A stretch of DNA of 64,000 nucleotides from a virus, in IMG/VR virus record IMGVR_UViG_3300045988_162015; one strand, 5' to 3'. Every line of letters begins with the position of its first letter. The stretch's first letter is position 1. A program made the position numbers and the translations under genes. Under the pieces are notes generated by a model, which saw only the letters and a program-made list of their open reading frames with translations, did no database searches and was not told the DNA's origin. This document shows, one piece after another, positions 1 through 8,575 of the stretch.

Positions 1-83
1 CACGACCTGCTATATGGTGAAGAAGCATAAGCTTCTTCACCCATTCACCTAACAACCAACTGACATTATATGGAGGTATAACT

Positions 84-419
84 ATGAACCGTATCAACAG
101 AAGAATCGCACGCAAGGAAGCTATGATGAACACTATCACCCGCATTAGCGATGCCATCAGCAAGGTTAACTTCTCTGACCCTAATGGCAAGGCCACTTTT
201 CATAAGCTGCTGGACAAGAAAGACTATATTGCTCAGCAGATCGCCGAAGCCAGCTACACCGAATACTCGATGAAGAGCGACCATCGGGAGCTGAAACGTA
301 TTTTCGCTCATATGGATGAAGACGGCTGCTCTGACTGTGTCAAGTGGGAAGTCGAGTGGCTGGCAGCAAGTCGGCGTCGCTGGTCTATCGCAACAAGCAA
401 GCAAATCTGGTTGAGCTAA
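84..419 (+). CDS. hypothetical early protein (111 aa)
   Basis: ORF with an ATG start and a TAA stop. It overlaps the start of the next gene. No recognisable motif. Confidence 0.4.
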   Translation: MNRINRRIARKEAMMNTITRISDAISKVNFSDPNGKATFHKLLDKKDYIAQQIAEASYTEYSMKSDHRELKRIFAHMDEDGCSDCVKWEVEWLAASRRRWSIATSKQIWLS

Positions 420-454
420 TTGCTCAACCAGAACATCAGAAAGGGGATAATATC

Positions 455-643
455 ATGTACTCTATCTATAATCACACGACTGGCCAGTATGGCATAATCT
501 ACCGCAGCCTGACCGCAGCACGAGCCATGGCACACGCTTACAGCATATGGGCACGGAACGACAGAGATGTCATTGACATGGAGACAGGTGAAGTCATGAG
601 CATATTCGAGAAAGGCAAAGAAACTTACAGAGCCAAGGGTTAA
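455..643 (+). CDS. hypothetical small protein (62 aa)
   Basis: ATG at 455 follows a GGGGATAA ribosome-binding site (RBS). It lies in frame inside track ORF 344..643. Confidence 0.45.
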   Translation: MYSIYNHTTGQYGIIYRSLTAARAMAHAYSIWARNDRDVIDMETGEVMSIFEKGKETYRAKG

Positions 644-677
644 AACCCTTGGCTTCCAATAGAAAGGATGGTACAAT

Positions 678-977
678 ATGGCAACTGCACGAAATCCCTA
701 TGCTGAAATCCGTTTTCTTGATAAGAACAATGTTCAAACTGATTATTGCAGATGGCAATTATCCACTACATTCAACTGCCCTTGGCAGCCTGCCTTCTAC
801 CGCGAACTCGAAGAAAAACTCTACATCATGCAGGAACTGGAAATTGTAGGGTTTGGCAATAGGTCTGCAATATTCAAAGGTGGTATGCTGACAACCTATC
901 ATTTCACAAGCTATCAGATGGTGCAGTGCATTGAACATATGGCAGACCATTTGACGTTAGTGGTGAGGGACATTTGA
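678..977 (+). CDS. hypothetical protein (99 aa)
   Basis: AAGGATGG RBS 8 nt upstream of the ATG. Confidence 0.5.
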   Translation: MATARNPYAEIRFLDKNNVQTDYCRWQLSTTFNCPWQPAFYRELEEKLYIMQELEIVGFGNRSAIFKGGMLTTYHFTSYQMVQCIEHMADHLTLVVRDI

Positions 978-1045
978 GTCCCTCTACCGCTTACCAACCG
1001 CACAATCGAGCACATGAATCCAAAAATCGAAAGGAAAATTTCAAA

Positions 1046-1198
1046 ATGAAAAATCTCAAACTGGCGTTGACCCTATCCGGCATAATTATTATGCTCTGGA
1101 TTTCTGTTTCATTTTGTCAGGTGGTCCGCCATAATAACCCTGCTGGCGGCAGACCTGAATACAGCAGTTGGAATTTCTTCGTGATGATGGATGAGTGA
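1046..1198 (+). CDS. small membrane protein (50 aa)
   Basis: AAGGAAAA RBS. Hydrophobic segment LALTLSGIIIMLWISVSF. Confidence 0.45.
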   Translation: MKNLKLALTLSGIIIMLWISVSFCQVVRHNNPAGGRPEYSSWNFFVMMDE

Positions 1199-1254
1199 AG
1201 GCCATATGACCTTCACTCACAATGGAATGAATTAACAGAAAGGAAATATTTAAT

Positions 1255-1566
1255 ATGATTAACATCCGCACAATCAAGAAACTGGCTGACGGCGATGGCC
1301 TGACCCTTAAAAATGGAAAAATCAAGAGGTACAAGAGCGGCTATCAGGTAGCTACTAATGGCGTCGAGGTCATCAGTCCTGAAATGGCAATACAGGCGGT
1401 TCGAGAGTTCAAGGGCACATGCGGCGTTTGGGTTGAAAATGGCAGATACTACATTGACATTTCCAAACGAGTTTCCACAAAACGCGAGGCAGTTGAAATT
1501 GGCAGGAAATGCAATCAGCTTTCAATTTACAGATGGCGTGGCAATCCTGCCTGTCTTTACATTTAA
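1255..1566 (+). CDS. hypothetical protein, tandem paralog 1 (MINIRTIKK...)
   Basis: GGAAAT RBS. The N-terminus MIN(I/V)RTIKK(L/M)xDGD(G/T)L and the KNGKIK(R/K)YK(S/G)G(Y/F)QV block are shared with the next gene. Confidence 0.55.
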   Translation: MINIRTIKKLADGDGLTLKNGKIKRYKSGYQVATNGVEVISPEMAIQAVREFKGTCGVWVENGRYYIDISKRVSTKREAVEIGRKCNQLSIYRWRGNPACLYI

Positions 1567-1588
1567 TATTTGAGAGGAGAAATAAAAA

Positions 1589-1906
1589 ATGATTAACGTG
1601 AGAACTATTAAGAAAATGCTGGATGGCGATACCCTGAACATCAAGAACGGAAAAATCAAAAAGTACAAGGGCGGTTTTCAGGTGAATGTGCAGACTGAGG
1701 AACATGACAATCCTGAATCTGCTATCTTTTGGGCGAAAATGCTTAACGCTCTGGACGGCGGTTGTAGTATTCAGTTCAAAAATGGAAAATATTACGTCAG
1801 CACCACGAAGCACGCCTACACCAGACGGCAGGCAAAAGAAATGGCAAATGATGCAGGTCAGGACGCCATTTATGAATGGCAGAATCTGGCTCATATGGCA
1901 GTTTAA
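1589..1906 (+). CDS. hypothetical protein, tandem paralog 2 (MINVRTIKK...)
   Basis: GAGGAGAAATAAAAAATG RBS. Clear paralog of 1255..1566. Confidence 0.55.
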   Translation: MINVRTIKKMLDGDTLNIKNGKIKKYKGGFQVNVQTEEHDNPESAIFWAKMLNALDGGCSIQFKNGKYYVSTTKHAYTRRQAKEMANDAGQDAIYEWQNLAHMAV

Positions 1907-2219
1907 TCCTGAAATTCCAAGGGCTGGAAATTGGAAACAGTTTCCAGCCCATTTTTCAAATCATCTTCTTTACATCATCATCACTTTAATCAAATGAATT
2001 GCCTCGCCGGGGCGTGGCGAAATTGCTATATCCACAGCAGGCTCGCCACGCCCCGCATTTTCCATTTAATACCAATTCCGAATATTTCCAGTCAAATTTT
2101 ACCATATCTGACATTATGTTCCATTTCCCATATCCTACCAGCTTATGGTATATAATTCCATACCAAATGTTTCCAGAATCTTTGTGCATATTGACGAATA
2201 AAAAAATTTGACTTTCCTA

Positions 2220-2248
2220 TTGACATTTGCCATAGGGTGTGCTAATAT
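2220..2248. promoter_or_regulatory. sigma-70-like promoter (TTGACA, 17 bp spacer, TGcTAATAT)
   Basis: -35 TTGACA at 2220 and an extended -10 gtgcTAATAT at 2240-2248. A second TTGACT lies just upstream. Confidence 0.5.
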
Positions 2249-2296
2249 ATAATTGTTCCAAGGGAACGAATAAAAAATGAAATGGAGATACAAAAA

Positions 2297-2458
2297 ATGA
2301 CTACTGAAAAAATCGCTGAATTGCTGAACGAATGGATTGATAATGACCATGATTTCAGTGCGGAATCCATCAATGACTTCTGCAATACATATGCCCGCAA
2401 CTACGACGAGTATATGGGCCTGTGGTACACAGTCTGCGGTTGCATCGAGGAGGACTAA
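2297..2458 (+). CDS. small acidic protein (53 aa)
   Basis: GGAGATACAAAAAATG RBS. The track fused this gene with the next one in another frame. Confidence 0.45.
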   Translation: MTTEKIAELLNEWIDNDHDFSAESINDFCNTYARNYDEYMGLWYTVCGCIEED

Positions 2459-2462
2459 CATC

Positions 2463-2603
2463 ATGTTTGAATTTGAAATGTACAACGTCAACACGGGCGA
2501 AACTGAAACTGCATATGGCTACTCCCTAGCAGACGCTAGGGAAAGAAGCCAAAAGTATGAGAGCCGTGAATGGGTTTGTCTAATGTCTACTTATATTGAT
2601 TAA
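2463..2603 (+). CDS. small protein (46 aa)
   Basis: GAGGAGGA RBS 7 nt upstream. It is the C-terminal part of track ORF 2337..2603. Confidence 0.4.
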   Translation: MFEFEMYNVNTGETETAYGYSLADARERSQKYESREWVCLMSTYID

Positions 2604-2805
2604 GGGGGAAATGAAAATGAAAATGTCTGAATTTGTAAATAACGTCCTTGATAAGGATATGCTGATTGACATTATCAGCCACCTAGATGATTGTGAAGCT
2701 TGTCCTTTCAAAATGGCTTGTCGGGATGCGGCATATGATAATCCGGATGAATCTTGTGAACAGTTCCTTAACCGTTGGATTGAAGATGATAGGAATGAGG
2801 GCTGA
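2596..2805 (+). CDS. small Cys-motif protein (DDCxxCPxxMxCRD), paralog of 6385..6558
   Basis: AAGGGGGAA RBS. The motif HLDDCEACPFKMACRD matches FDDCACCPLMFKCRD at 6385. The exact start among three adjacent ATGs is uncertain. Confidence 0.45.
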   Translation: MIKGEMKMKMSEFVNNVLDKDMLIDIISHLDDCEACPFKMACRDAAYDNPDESCEQFLNRWIEDDRNEG

Positions 2806-2835
2806 AAAGCCCTCTTCCAAAAGGAGGAAATTAAA

Positions 2836-3159
2836 ATGGATATTACAAAATTGCAAGTCAGTCAGCATATCAAGGAAGACCGCTTGGACAGATATGTTGA
2901 AATTCAAATGAATACCGGACTTGGCGAACCTGTTGCAAAATTCAAATATGAGGATAAATGGCAGATTATTACAAGCACAGGAGTGATTTTGATTACAGAT
3001 AGCCGGATGGAATTTCTAATCACATTATATTATGTCAACATGGATAAAGCAACTGCAATTTTCAGACGAAACGGACAGATGAAAATGCCGAAAGTGGTAT
3101 ATGAAGCAATTCAGAAGAACATGGCGAAAAAGCTAATTAAACATAGAAAGGAAAAATAA
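2836..3159 (+). CDS. hypothetical protein (107 aa)
   Basis: AAGGAGGAAATTAAAATG RBS. Confidence 0.55.
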   Translation: MDITKLQVSQHIKEDRLDRYVEIQMNTGLGEPVAKFKYEDKWQIITSTGVILITDSRMEFLITLYYVNMDKATAIFRRNGQMKMPKVVYEAIQKNMAKKLIKHRKEK

Positions 3160-3161
3160 AA

Positions 3162-3389
3162 ATGAAAATCGAATATGAAAAGCCCAGACAGGTTATCCAC
3201 TTCGCGGCTCTGGACGTTGGAACTGTATTCCGCGACCCGTCTGATGATACAGCTTATATGAAAATTGAATATATTGATAATAATGGTGATGAAATCAATT
3301 CGATTGATTTGTCTACGGGAGCACTTGGTGGTTTCTCTGATGACGCAAAAGTCTATCCCATAAATGCTACATTATATGTTAAGGAGTGA
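3162..3389 (+). CDS. hypothetical protein (75 aa)
   Basis: AAGGAAAAATAAAAATG RBS. Translationally coupled to the upstream gene. Confidence 0.5.
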   Translation: MKIEYEKPRQVIHFAALDVGTVFRDPSDDTAYMKIEYIDNNGDEINSIDLSTGALGGFSDDAKVYPINATLYVKE

Positions 3390-3394
3390 TAAAA

Positions 3395-3604
3395 ATGACA
3401 GGAGATAAGACATGGAAATATCTGGTAATCAATTTCAACCCTACGGAAGACTGGCCGCGTCTGTTTTTTGTAGATGCCTCGTGCCGTTCAGAAGCTGAAT
3501 CTCATATTCAGAAGCACTGTGGAAAAGACTATATGTTAGTCGAAAATGATGAACCTGTCGCAAGAGTTCTTGACGTTTCCGAAATTCCGCATTATAAATT
3601 CTAA
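3395..3604 (+). CDS. hypothetical protein (69 aa)
   Basis: AAGGAGTGATAAAAATG RBS. In frame with track ORF 3386. Confidence 0.5.
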   Translation: MTGDKTWKYLVINFNPTEDWPRLFFVDASCRSEAESHIQKHCGKDYMLVENDEPVARVLDVSEIPHYKF

Positions 3605-3616
3605 AAACAATTTGAG

Positions 3617-3650
3617 TTTCCTCCCAGATTTTGGGAGGAAATTCTTATTT
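3617..3650 (+). terminator. rho-independent terminator
   Basis: Stem TTTCCTCCC/GGGAGGAAA followed by a T-rich tail. Confidence 0.6.
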
Positions 3651-3780
3651 GAAAATTATAAAAAAAAATAATATAATTTTTTATATAAAAAAAATAATTT
3701 TTATTTCTGTTTCAATTCTATAATTTTCCAGTCAAAAAATCAAATGCGGCAAATTTTGGCAATCCCATAATCTGGGAATT

Positions 3781-3830
3781 CATTTGAGCCGGCCGCGATC
3801 CCACGCCGCGGCCGGAATTTCGCGAATTAA
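3781..3830. repeat. GC-rich hairpin repeat, copy 1 of 5 (CATTTGAGCC-[10 bp GC stem]-ATTT)
   Basis: Perfect inverted repeat GCCGGCCGCG...CGCGGCCGGC. Related copies lie at 6230, 7903, 10221 and 11448. Confidence 0.55.
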
Positions 3831-3933
3831 AGTGCTAACGTAAAAAAGTTTTCCAAATCCTTCCAGCCCAGCTCTTGGAAATTTTTCCCAAAATGTTTGT
3901 GCAATTTGACGAAAGCATTTTCCATTTTATGTC

Positions 3934-3962
3934 TTGACATTTGGCTTGCCCTGTGCTATACT
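3934..3962. promoter_or_regulatory. sigma-70-like promoter (TTGACA, 17 bp spacer, TGcTATACT)
   Basis: Canonical spacing. It drives 3996..4163. Confidence 0.55.
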
Positions 3963-3995
3963 ATAAACAATCCAAGAGGAAAGGAAGTAAATCAA

Positions 3996-4163
3996 ATGAC
4001 TGACCGCGAAGCCCTCAACCAGATTCTGGAACATCTGGACAAAAGTCTACAACCTATTATTACCAGCACTGATGTATATGTCGAAATTGAGAACGCCTGT
4101 CTTGGGGAAGACATTGTGTTTGAATTTGACAAAAATGGAAATATTTTGTCAATCGGTTCTTGA
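3996..4163 (+). CDS. hypothetical protein (55 aa)
   Basis: AGGAAAGGAAGTAAATCAAATG RBS. It lies downstream of the promoter that sits inside track ORF 3897. Confidence 0.5.
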   Translation: MTDREALNQILEHLDKSLQPIITSTDVYVEIENACLGEDIVFEFDKNGNILSIGS

Positions 4164-4177
4164 AAGGAGAATTTGAT

Positions 4178-4561
4178 ATGAAAATCTATATGGCTGGTGC
4201 ATTTTTCCGTCCTGAAACAAAATCAAGAATTGATTCATATGCGGCAGGTTTCCGGCGGCTTGGGTATGATGTATTTGTGCCGCAAGAACATACAGTCCCG
4301 AACGCTTGGGAGATGTCGCAAGAAGATTGGGCAAGGGAAGTTTTCAAAATGGATATTGCCGCAATTCAAGAATGTGACATGGTGTTTGTCGTATATGATG
4401 GTCTGTATTCTGATTCTGGAACAGCTTGGGAAATCGGATATGCTTATGCTCTTGGGAAAAATATCCAAATGAGTGTAAATAATGGTGTAAAAGATATGTC
4501 TATTATGCCATTTGCAAGTGCTTGGGCTATTGAAAACTATACAAATATTAAATTAGTTTGA
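4178..4561 (+). CDS. nucleoside 2-deoxyribosyltransferase-like protein
   Basis: MKIYMAGAFF N-terminus and the (S)DSGTAWEIGYAYALGK block are typical of the NDT family. Confidence 0.55.
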   Translation: MKIYMAGAFFRPETKSRIDSYAAGFRRLGYDVFVPQEHTVPNAWEMSQEDWAREVFKMDIAAIQECDMVFVVYDGLYSDSGTAWEIGYAYALGKNIQMSVNNGVKDMSIMPFASAWAIENYTNIKLV

Positions 4562-4568
4562 AAAAACA

Positions 4569-4597
4569 CTTGACAAATTTGGTTGAACCTGTTATAA
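4569..4597. promoter_or_regulatory. sigma-70-like promoter (TTGACA, 17 bp spacer, TATAAT)
   Basis: Consensus hexamers. Confidence 0.55.
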
Positions 4598-4630
4598 TTA
4601 AAGCACACCAAAAGGAAAGGAAATGATAAA

Positions 4631-5104
4631 ATGATTAAGGAACTTGTTTTTGATATGGACGGCACGATTGCCGACCTGTTTGGCGTGGAAAATTGGCTTG
4701 ATAAAATTCGAGCCTATGACCCTACACCCTATCAGACCGCCGAACCGCTGGTTGATATGGCAGAACTTGCTTGTCTGCTCCGTAGCTTGCAGAATTGCGG
4801 TATCAATGTCGCGGTTATCACTTGGCTGTCAAAAGAGCCGAACAAGCAGTATGATGATGAAGTCAGAAAAGCGAAGCGAGCTTGGCTGAAAGAATATGGT
4901 TTTCCGTTTGACAGTCTGCGATGTGTAGCTTATGGAACGCCGAAGCATAAGGTTGAAGCCGCACGACTTGCTGATGATGAAGAAGCCCTGATTTTTGATG
5001 ATGATGCAAGAGTCCGCAGGGATTGGGACTTGGGCGGAGCAATCGACCCGACTAAGGTTGACATTCTGGAAGTATTGAAAGAAATTTTGAATGGGCTGGA
5101 ATAA
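4631..5104 (+). CDS. HAD-superfamily 5'(3')-deoxyribonucleotidase-like hydrolase
   Basis: N-terminal FDMDGTIAD is the HAD motif I (DxDGT) found in NT5C-type deoxynucleotidases. Confidence 0.6.
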   Translation: MIKELVFDMDGTIADLFGVENWLDKIRAYDPTPYQTAEPLVDMAELACLLRSLQNCGINVAVITWLSKEPNKQYDDEVRKAKRAWLKEYGFPFDSLRCVAYGTPKHKVEAARLADDEEALIFDDDARVRRDWDLGGAIDPTKVDILEVLKEILNGLE

Positions 5105-5128
5105 TCCAGCCCATAAGAGGAAAATAAA

Positions 5129-5347
5129 ATGAATGATATTCTTAAAGAACTTGCCGACTTGGCAAACCGGATTGGAAAATTAGCTGGAAAAATTTACTGT
5201 GAAAAAAAGAATATCTCAAATCCTTATGATTTTACAAATGCACAAGAATTAAGTGATAAATTGTTTGAAATCCATTCTAATTTACAAAATGACTGCTATA
5301 CATTGGCTGTCACTATTTGGGGAGACGATGAAGATGATGATTCCTAA
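5129..5347 (+). CDS. hypothetical protein (72 aa)
   Basis: GAGGAAAATAAAATG RBS. Confidence 0.45.
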   Translation: MNDILKELADLANRIGKLAGKIYCEKKNISNPYDFTNAQELSDKLFEIHSNLQNDCYTLAVTIWGDDEDDDS

Positions 5348-5519
5348 AAAAATTACTGTCAAGTATTCAGGCTTTGATAAAAGAGGACTATATTATAACC
5401 ATGAAATAGATTTTCCTACGGAACGAGATGCTGACCTTTTTATTCTGGATATAAAAATGTTGATGTTTGGACTGCAATCTTATACAAAAATTATCACTTG
5501 GGAAAAAAGGAAGGAATAA
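5328..5519 (+). CDS. hypothetical protein (63 aa)
   Basis: ATG overlaps the end of the upstream gene. In frame with track ORF 5253. Confidence 0.4.
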   Translation: MKMMIPKKITVKYSGFDKRGLYYNHEIDFPTERDADLFILDIKMLMFGLQSYTKIITWEKRKE

Positions 5520-5608
5520 TAAATGAATGACGAACAGCTTGACATTTTGCTTGAAGAAGCAACGGACATTAAAATTTTAATTGCCTTGGGCTGAAAGGAT
5601 TGATAAAA

Positions 5609-5860
5609 ATGAAATTTATTGCGTATGTCACAAAATGTGTTCCCGTAGAAGTAGAAGTTGATGATAAGTGGAAGCCGATGGAAGATTATGGCAACCATGT
5701 TGATGAAACAACAGAAGAAGAAAATAGATATTTTGATGCAAATATTGAAGATTTCCTGACTGACATTGAAAATAAACTTAAAAAAATGGATGAAGATTTT
5801 TCATTCGATAATCTATGTGCCGTCTGGACAATGGAAGATAATTATATTACTGAACTCTGA
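5609..5860 (+). CDS. acidic hypothetical protein
   Basis: AAAGGATTGATAAAAATG RBS. Confidence 0.5.
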   Translation: MKFIAYVTKCVPVEVEVDDKWKPMEDYGNHVDETTEEENRYFDANIEDFLTDIENKLKKMDEDFSFDNLCAVWTMEDNYITEL

Positions 5861-5874
5861 AAGGATGGATAAAA

Positions 5875-6162
5875 ATGGGAACAAAATTTATTTGGGTAGT
5901 TCATTTTGAAGAAGCAGATTTCAACGACTTGGACTGTGCCTTCGACAGTTTTGAAATGGCGAAAGAGGCAGTCCAGACAATTTTTGACAAAGTTTCCGCA
6001 GTAAATCCTGCTTGGCAGAATCTAATGCTGGATGATGAAGATATCGAAGATGAATGGGCTGTTTTCAGTTTTGATTATATTGGAGAAGATGCCAAATTTT
6101 TGTTAAAGCCAAATATTGGTATCACAGTTTTCCCAGCTCCTTACAATTCACTTCCTATTTGA
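5875..6162 (+). CDS. acidic hypothetical protein
   Basis: AAAGGATGGATAAAAATG RBS. Confidence 0.5.
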   Translation: MGTKFIWVVHFEEADFNDLDCAFDSFEMAKEAVQTIFDKVSAVNPAWQNLMLDDEDIEDEWAVFSFDYIGEDAKFLLKPNIGITVFPAPYNSLPI

Positions 6163-6229
6163 AAAATTTGGGAATCCAAAATCTGGATTCCCATTTTCTT
6201 ACTTGTCTATTGGAAATAATTTACATTTT

Positions 6230-6275
6230 CATTTGAGCCTGCCGCGATCCCACGCCGCGGCAGGCATTTTAGATT
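6230..6275. repeat. GC-rich hairpin repeat, copy 2
   Basis: CATTTGAGCCTGCCGCGATCCCACGCCGCGGCAGGCATTTT. It shares the ATCCCACG loop with copy 1. Confidence 0.55.
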
Positions 6276-6324
6276 TTCAGCATTTTCACCAATTTTTCGC
6301 CCAGAAATTTGTGCAAAATGACAG

Positions 6325-6353
6325 TTGACTTTTCTCCCGATACCTGTTATACT
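6325..6353. promoter_or_regulatory. sigma-70-like promoter (TTGACT, 17 bp spacer, TGtTATACT)
   Basis: It is preceded by the conserved TTTCAGCATTTTCACCAATTTTTC...AAATTTGTGCAAAATGACA module. Confidence 0.5.
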
Positions 6354-6384
6354 ATTGGTACAAGGTTAAGGGAGGGAATACCTA

Positions 6385-6558
6385 ATGACTTCTGACGAAA
6401 AACTTAAATACTGCATTGAGCAATGGGTCGAAACATTTGATGATTGTGCTTGTTGTCCTCTGATGTTCAAATGCCGAGATGATGAAGATATTCAAGGCAT
6501 TGACTGCATTGAATGTGGTGAAAAAATTATTGATTGGTTAAAGGAGAATGAACAATGA
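6385..6558 (+). CDS. small Cys-motif protein (57 aa), paralog of 2596..2805
   Basis: GGGAGGGAATACCTAATG RBS. Carries the CCPLMFKCRDDED motif. Confidence 0.45.
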   Translation: MTSDEKLKYCIEQWVETFDDCACCPLMFKCRDDEDIQGIDCIECGEKIIDWLKENEQ

Positions 6559-6968
6559 AAAATCTGTACTGGAAACGCATTTACATGAAAATGAATGATG
6601 GTCAAGAGCCTATTCTGAATTGGGACCCGCAGCTTGTTTATCGCCCCGAACCGCCTGAAAATGAAACACTGACAATTAAAAACACAACAGACCTTGCAGT
6701 AGCTATTTGTAGTAATTATGTCAATGGTTCTATCCAGCGTGGAACTTTTGACAGAAGAATCAAAAAATTCCATATCGAGAATATGAGATACTGGAAAGGC
6801 GAAGAATACAAGCCCGAAAAAATCAGTTTCCCTGTTTCACGTGAAACAATTTATAAACCAGTTGATTATGACATGAGTTTCAAGAAGTTGTCGGGAGAAT
6901 TGTCCGCAGAAGATTTTATCCGCTGGATGAAAGATAACGGAATGAACACTTGCCCGATTATGAAATAA
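6555..6968 (+). CDS. hypothetical protein (137 aa)
   Basis: ATGA overlap with the upstream gene. AAGGAGAATGAACAATG RBS. Confidence 0.55.
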   Translation: MKNLYWKRIYMKMNDGQEPILNWDPQLVYRPEPPENETLTIKNTTDLAVAICSNYVNGSIQRGTFDRRIKKFHIENMRYWKGEEYKPEKISFPVSRETIYKPVDYDMSFKKLSGELSAEDFIRWMKDNGMNTCPIMK

Positions 6969-7014
6969 ATGGTAGGCTTAACAGCCTACCATAATAAGGA
7001 AAGGAATTGATACA

Positions 7015-7347
7015 ATGAATAAAAAGAATAAAGAAAACTTAACCAGAGTATTAAATCTCTTGGATGACCTTATTTCTGATGAAGTAGAAGAACGCACCGC
7101 AGAACTTGAAAAAGAAGTTTCTCATTTTAAATGTTCAAGTGCCCGATATAAGGATTTAATTAAATTCCTTGTCAGAGAATCTAAACTCGATATCCCTGCT
7201 AAAACTGCGGAAGCATTGGAAGAATTTAGAAGTGCAAAAAAATGCGATGATAGAAACGGTTATTTTGCTTATACAAGCTATACAAATCAAAAAGGTTATG
7301 TTTACGAAAGCTACGAAATGATTAAAAAAATTTGTGATAGGGGTTGA
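7015..7347 (+). CDS. hypothetical protein (110 aa)
   Basis: AAGGAAAGGAATTGATACAATG RBS. Confidence 0.5.
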   Translation: MNKKNKENLTRVLNLLDDLISDEVEERTAELEKEVSHFKCSSARYKDLIKFLVRESKLDIPAKTAEALEEFRSAKKCDDRNGYFAYTSYTNQKGYVYESYEMIKKICDRG

Positions 7348-7373
7348 CAAACGACCCCTAATGTGATACAATA
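7345..7373. promoter_or_regulatory. sigma-70-like promoter with a palindromic -35 region (GGGGTTGACAAACGACCCC)
   Basis: TTGACA, a 17 bp spacer and tgtgaTACAAT. The same architecture recurs at 8194 and 9405. Confidence 0.55.
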
Positions 7374-7404
7374 ACTATACAAATTAAGAAAGGAATTAAT
7401 AAAA

Positions 7405-7854
7405 ATGAAAGCAACTGGCATTATTCGCAGAATTGATGACCTTGGACGTGTAGTTATTCCCAGAGACATTCGCCGTAGTTTGAAGATTCATGAGGGTGAC
7501 CCACTTGAAATCTTTATTGAAAATAACGGCGTTTGTTTTCAGAAGTGTTCAACGCTTGGGTCACTTGCGGAAGAATCCTTGCGAATTGCTATCAAAATGG
7601 CGTCAAATTCCGGTTTACGTCCTATTGCAATTTATGACGCTGATACAAAATTGCGAGGTATGGAAAACTTTCCGTCCTATGTCTCGAAAACATGGGAAGA
7701 TGAAGACAAACCATTTGAATACAATGCCACTTACGGCGTTTACCCGATTGACGCAGATGGTGACCGCGTGGGGTATGTGGTTTGCGATTCACAAGACATG
7801 GGCTGTGAAGTGATGATGATTGCTCGCTACCTTAGTACGGTAGTTGAGGATTAA
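7405..7854 (+). CDS. AbrB/SpoVT-family swapped-hairpin DNA-binding protein (N-terminal domain) with a C-terminal extension
   Basis: MKATGIIRRIDDLGRVVIPRDIRRSLKIHEGDPLEIF closely matches the AbrB/MazE N-terminal domain. Confidence 0.65.
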   Translation: MKATGIIRRIDDLGRVVIPRDIRRSLKIHEGDPLEIFIENNGVCFQKCSTLGSLAEESLRIAIKMASNSGLRPIAIYDADTKLRGMENFPSYVSKTWEDEDKPFEYNATYGVYPIDADGDRVGYVVCDSQDMGCEVMMIARYLSTVVED

Positions 7855-7855
7855 A

Positions 7856-7903
7856 AAAAATAACACAAGAGGCTTATTTGTCTAGCCTCTTGTGTTATTT
7901 TTT
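7856..7903 (+). terminator. rho-independent terminator
   Basis: 13 bp stem AACACAAGAGGCT/AGCCTCTTGTGTT followed by ATTTTTTG. Confidence 0.7.
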
Positions 7904-7945
7904 GAGCCTCGCGGCCACGGTCCAGCCGCGAGGATTTTTAGATTT
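7903..7945. repeat. GC-rich hairpin repeat, copy 3
   Basis: GAGCCTCGCGGCCACGGTCCAGCCGCGAGGATTTTTAG. Confidence 0.5.
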
Positions 7946-7993
7946 TCAACACATTGCACAATTTTTTACTCACAAATTTGGTTATTCTGCCAA

Positions 7994-8022
7994 TAGACAA
8001 AAATCCTGAAATCGTGTATAAT
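7994..8022. promoter_or_regulatory. sigma-70-like promoter (TAGACA, 17 bp spacer, TGtTATAAT)
   Basis: The conserved module TGCCAATAGACAAAAATCCTGAAATCGTGTATAAT is also found at 10313. Confidence 0.5.
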
Positions 8023-8054
8023 TAAGATACAAATTAAGAAAGGAATTGAATGCA

Positions 8055-8189
8055 ATGGATTTAGTTATTATTATTTTAGGTGTCCTCTATCTCTGCGGGG
8101 TTAAGGTTGGCACAGCCCTTGCAATCTGTGCTATTATTGAAGGTCTTTTAGTTATTATCAATGCAATTATCAGAAAATTAGAGGAATAA
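8055..8189 (+). CDS. small membrane protein (44 aa)
   Basis: Hydrophobic throughout. AAGGAATTGAATGCAATG RBS. Confidence 0.4.
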   Translation: MDLVIIILGVLYLCGVKVGTALAICAIIEGLLVIINAIIRKLEE

Positions 8190-8193
8190 GGGC

Positions 8194-8222
8194 TTGACAA
8201 ACAAGCCCTAACGTGATACAAT
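8194..8222. promoter_or_regulatory. sigma-70-like promoter with a palindromic -35 region (GGGCTTGACAAACAAGCCC)
   Basis: Near-identical to the promoter at 7345. Confidence 0.55.
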
Positions 8223-8251
8223 AGATTTATCAAAGGAAAGGAATTGATATC

Positions 8252-8563
8252 ATGAATTTTGAATCTGCTATCGTTGAAGCAATGAATTTGCAGGACTTAA
8301 ACGACTACATAAATAACAGGAAGCCGGAAGAATTACAGACCTTGATTGCATTAGCACAGAAAAGAATTAACCAGTTAGACCAAGAGAAAGAAGCAAAATA
8401 CATGGCCGCAATTATCAAGTCTGTTCAAGATTATCTGGATAATGTTGGAGATTTGACATTCCATGTTGAGTACGAAGACGAAGATGGTCAGGACGCAGAA
8501 ACTGACATCACCGTAGACAATCTGAATCCGCCTGCTGGTGGCAATGGAGTTATTTATATTTAA
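8252..8563 (+). CDS. hypothetical acidic protein (103 aa)
   Basis: AAAGGAAAGGAATTGATATCATG RBS. Confidence 0.5.
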   Translation: MNFESAIVEAMNLQDLNDYINNRKPEELQTLIALAQKRINQLDQEKEAKYMAAIIKSVQDYLDNVGDLTFHVEYEDEDGQDAETDITVDNLNPPAGGNGVIYI

Positions 8564-8575
8564 GGAGTGATACAA

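Noticed and set aside
66-404. Minus-strand ORFs lying antisense to plus-strand genes throughout the window, including 66..404, 416..676, 1409..1894, 9097..9657, 11843..12658, 12665..13312, 13897..14325, 27941..28519, 31809..32258 and 33095..33907
   Set aside because: Each one overlaps a better-supported plus-strand gene that has an RBS, paralogs or motifs. They have low-complexity or Ser/Ile-rich composition typical of shadow ORFs.
2337-2603. Track ORF 2337..2603 taken as a single gene
   Set aside because: It fuses an out-of-frame overlap of one small gene with the body of the next. Two RBS-preceded ORFs, 2297..2458 and 2463..2603, explain the region better.
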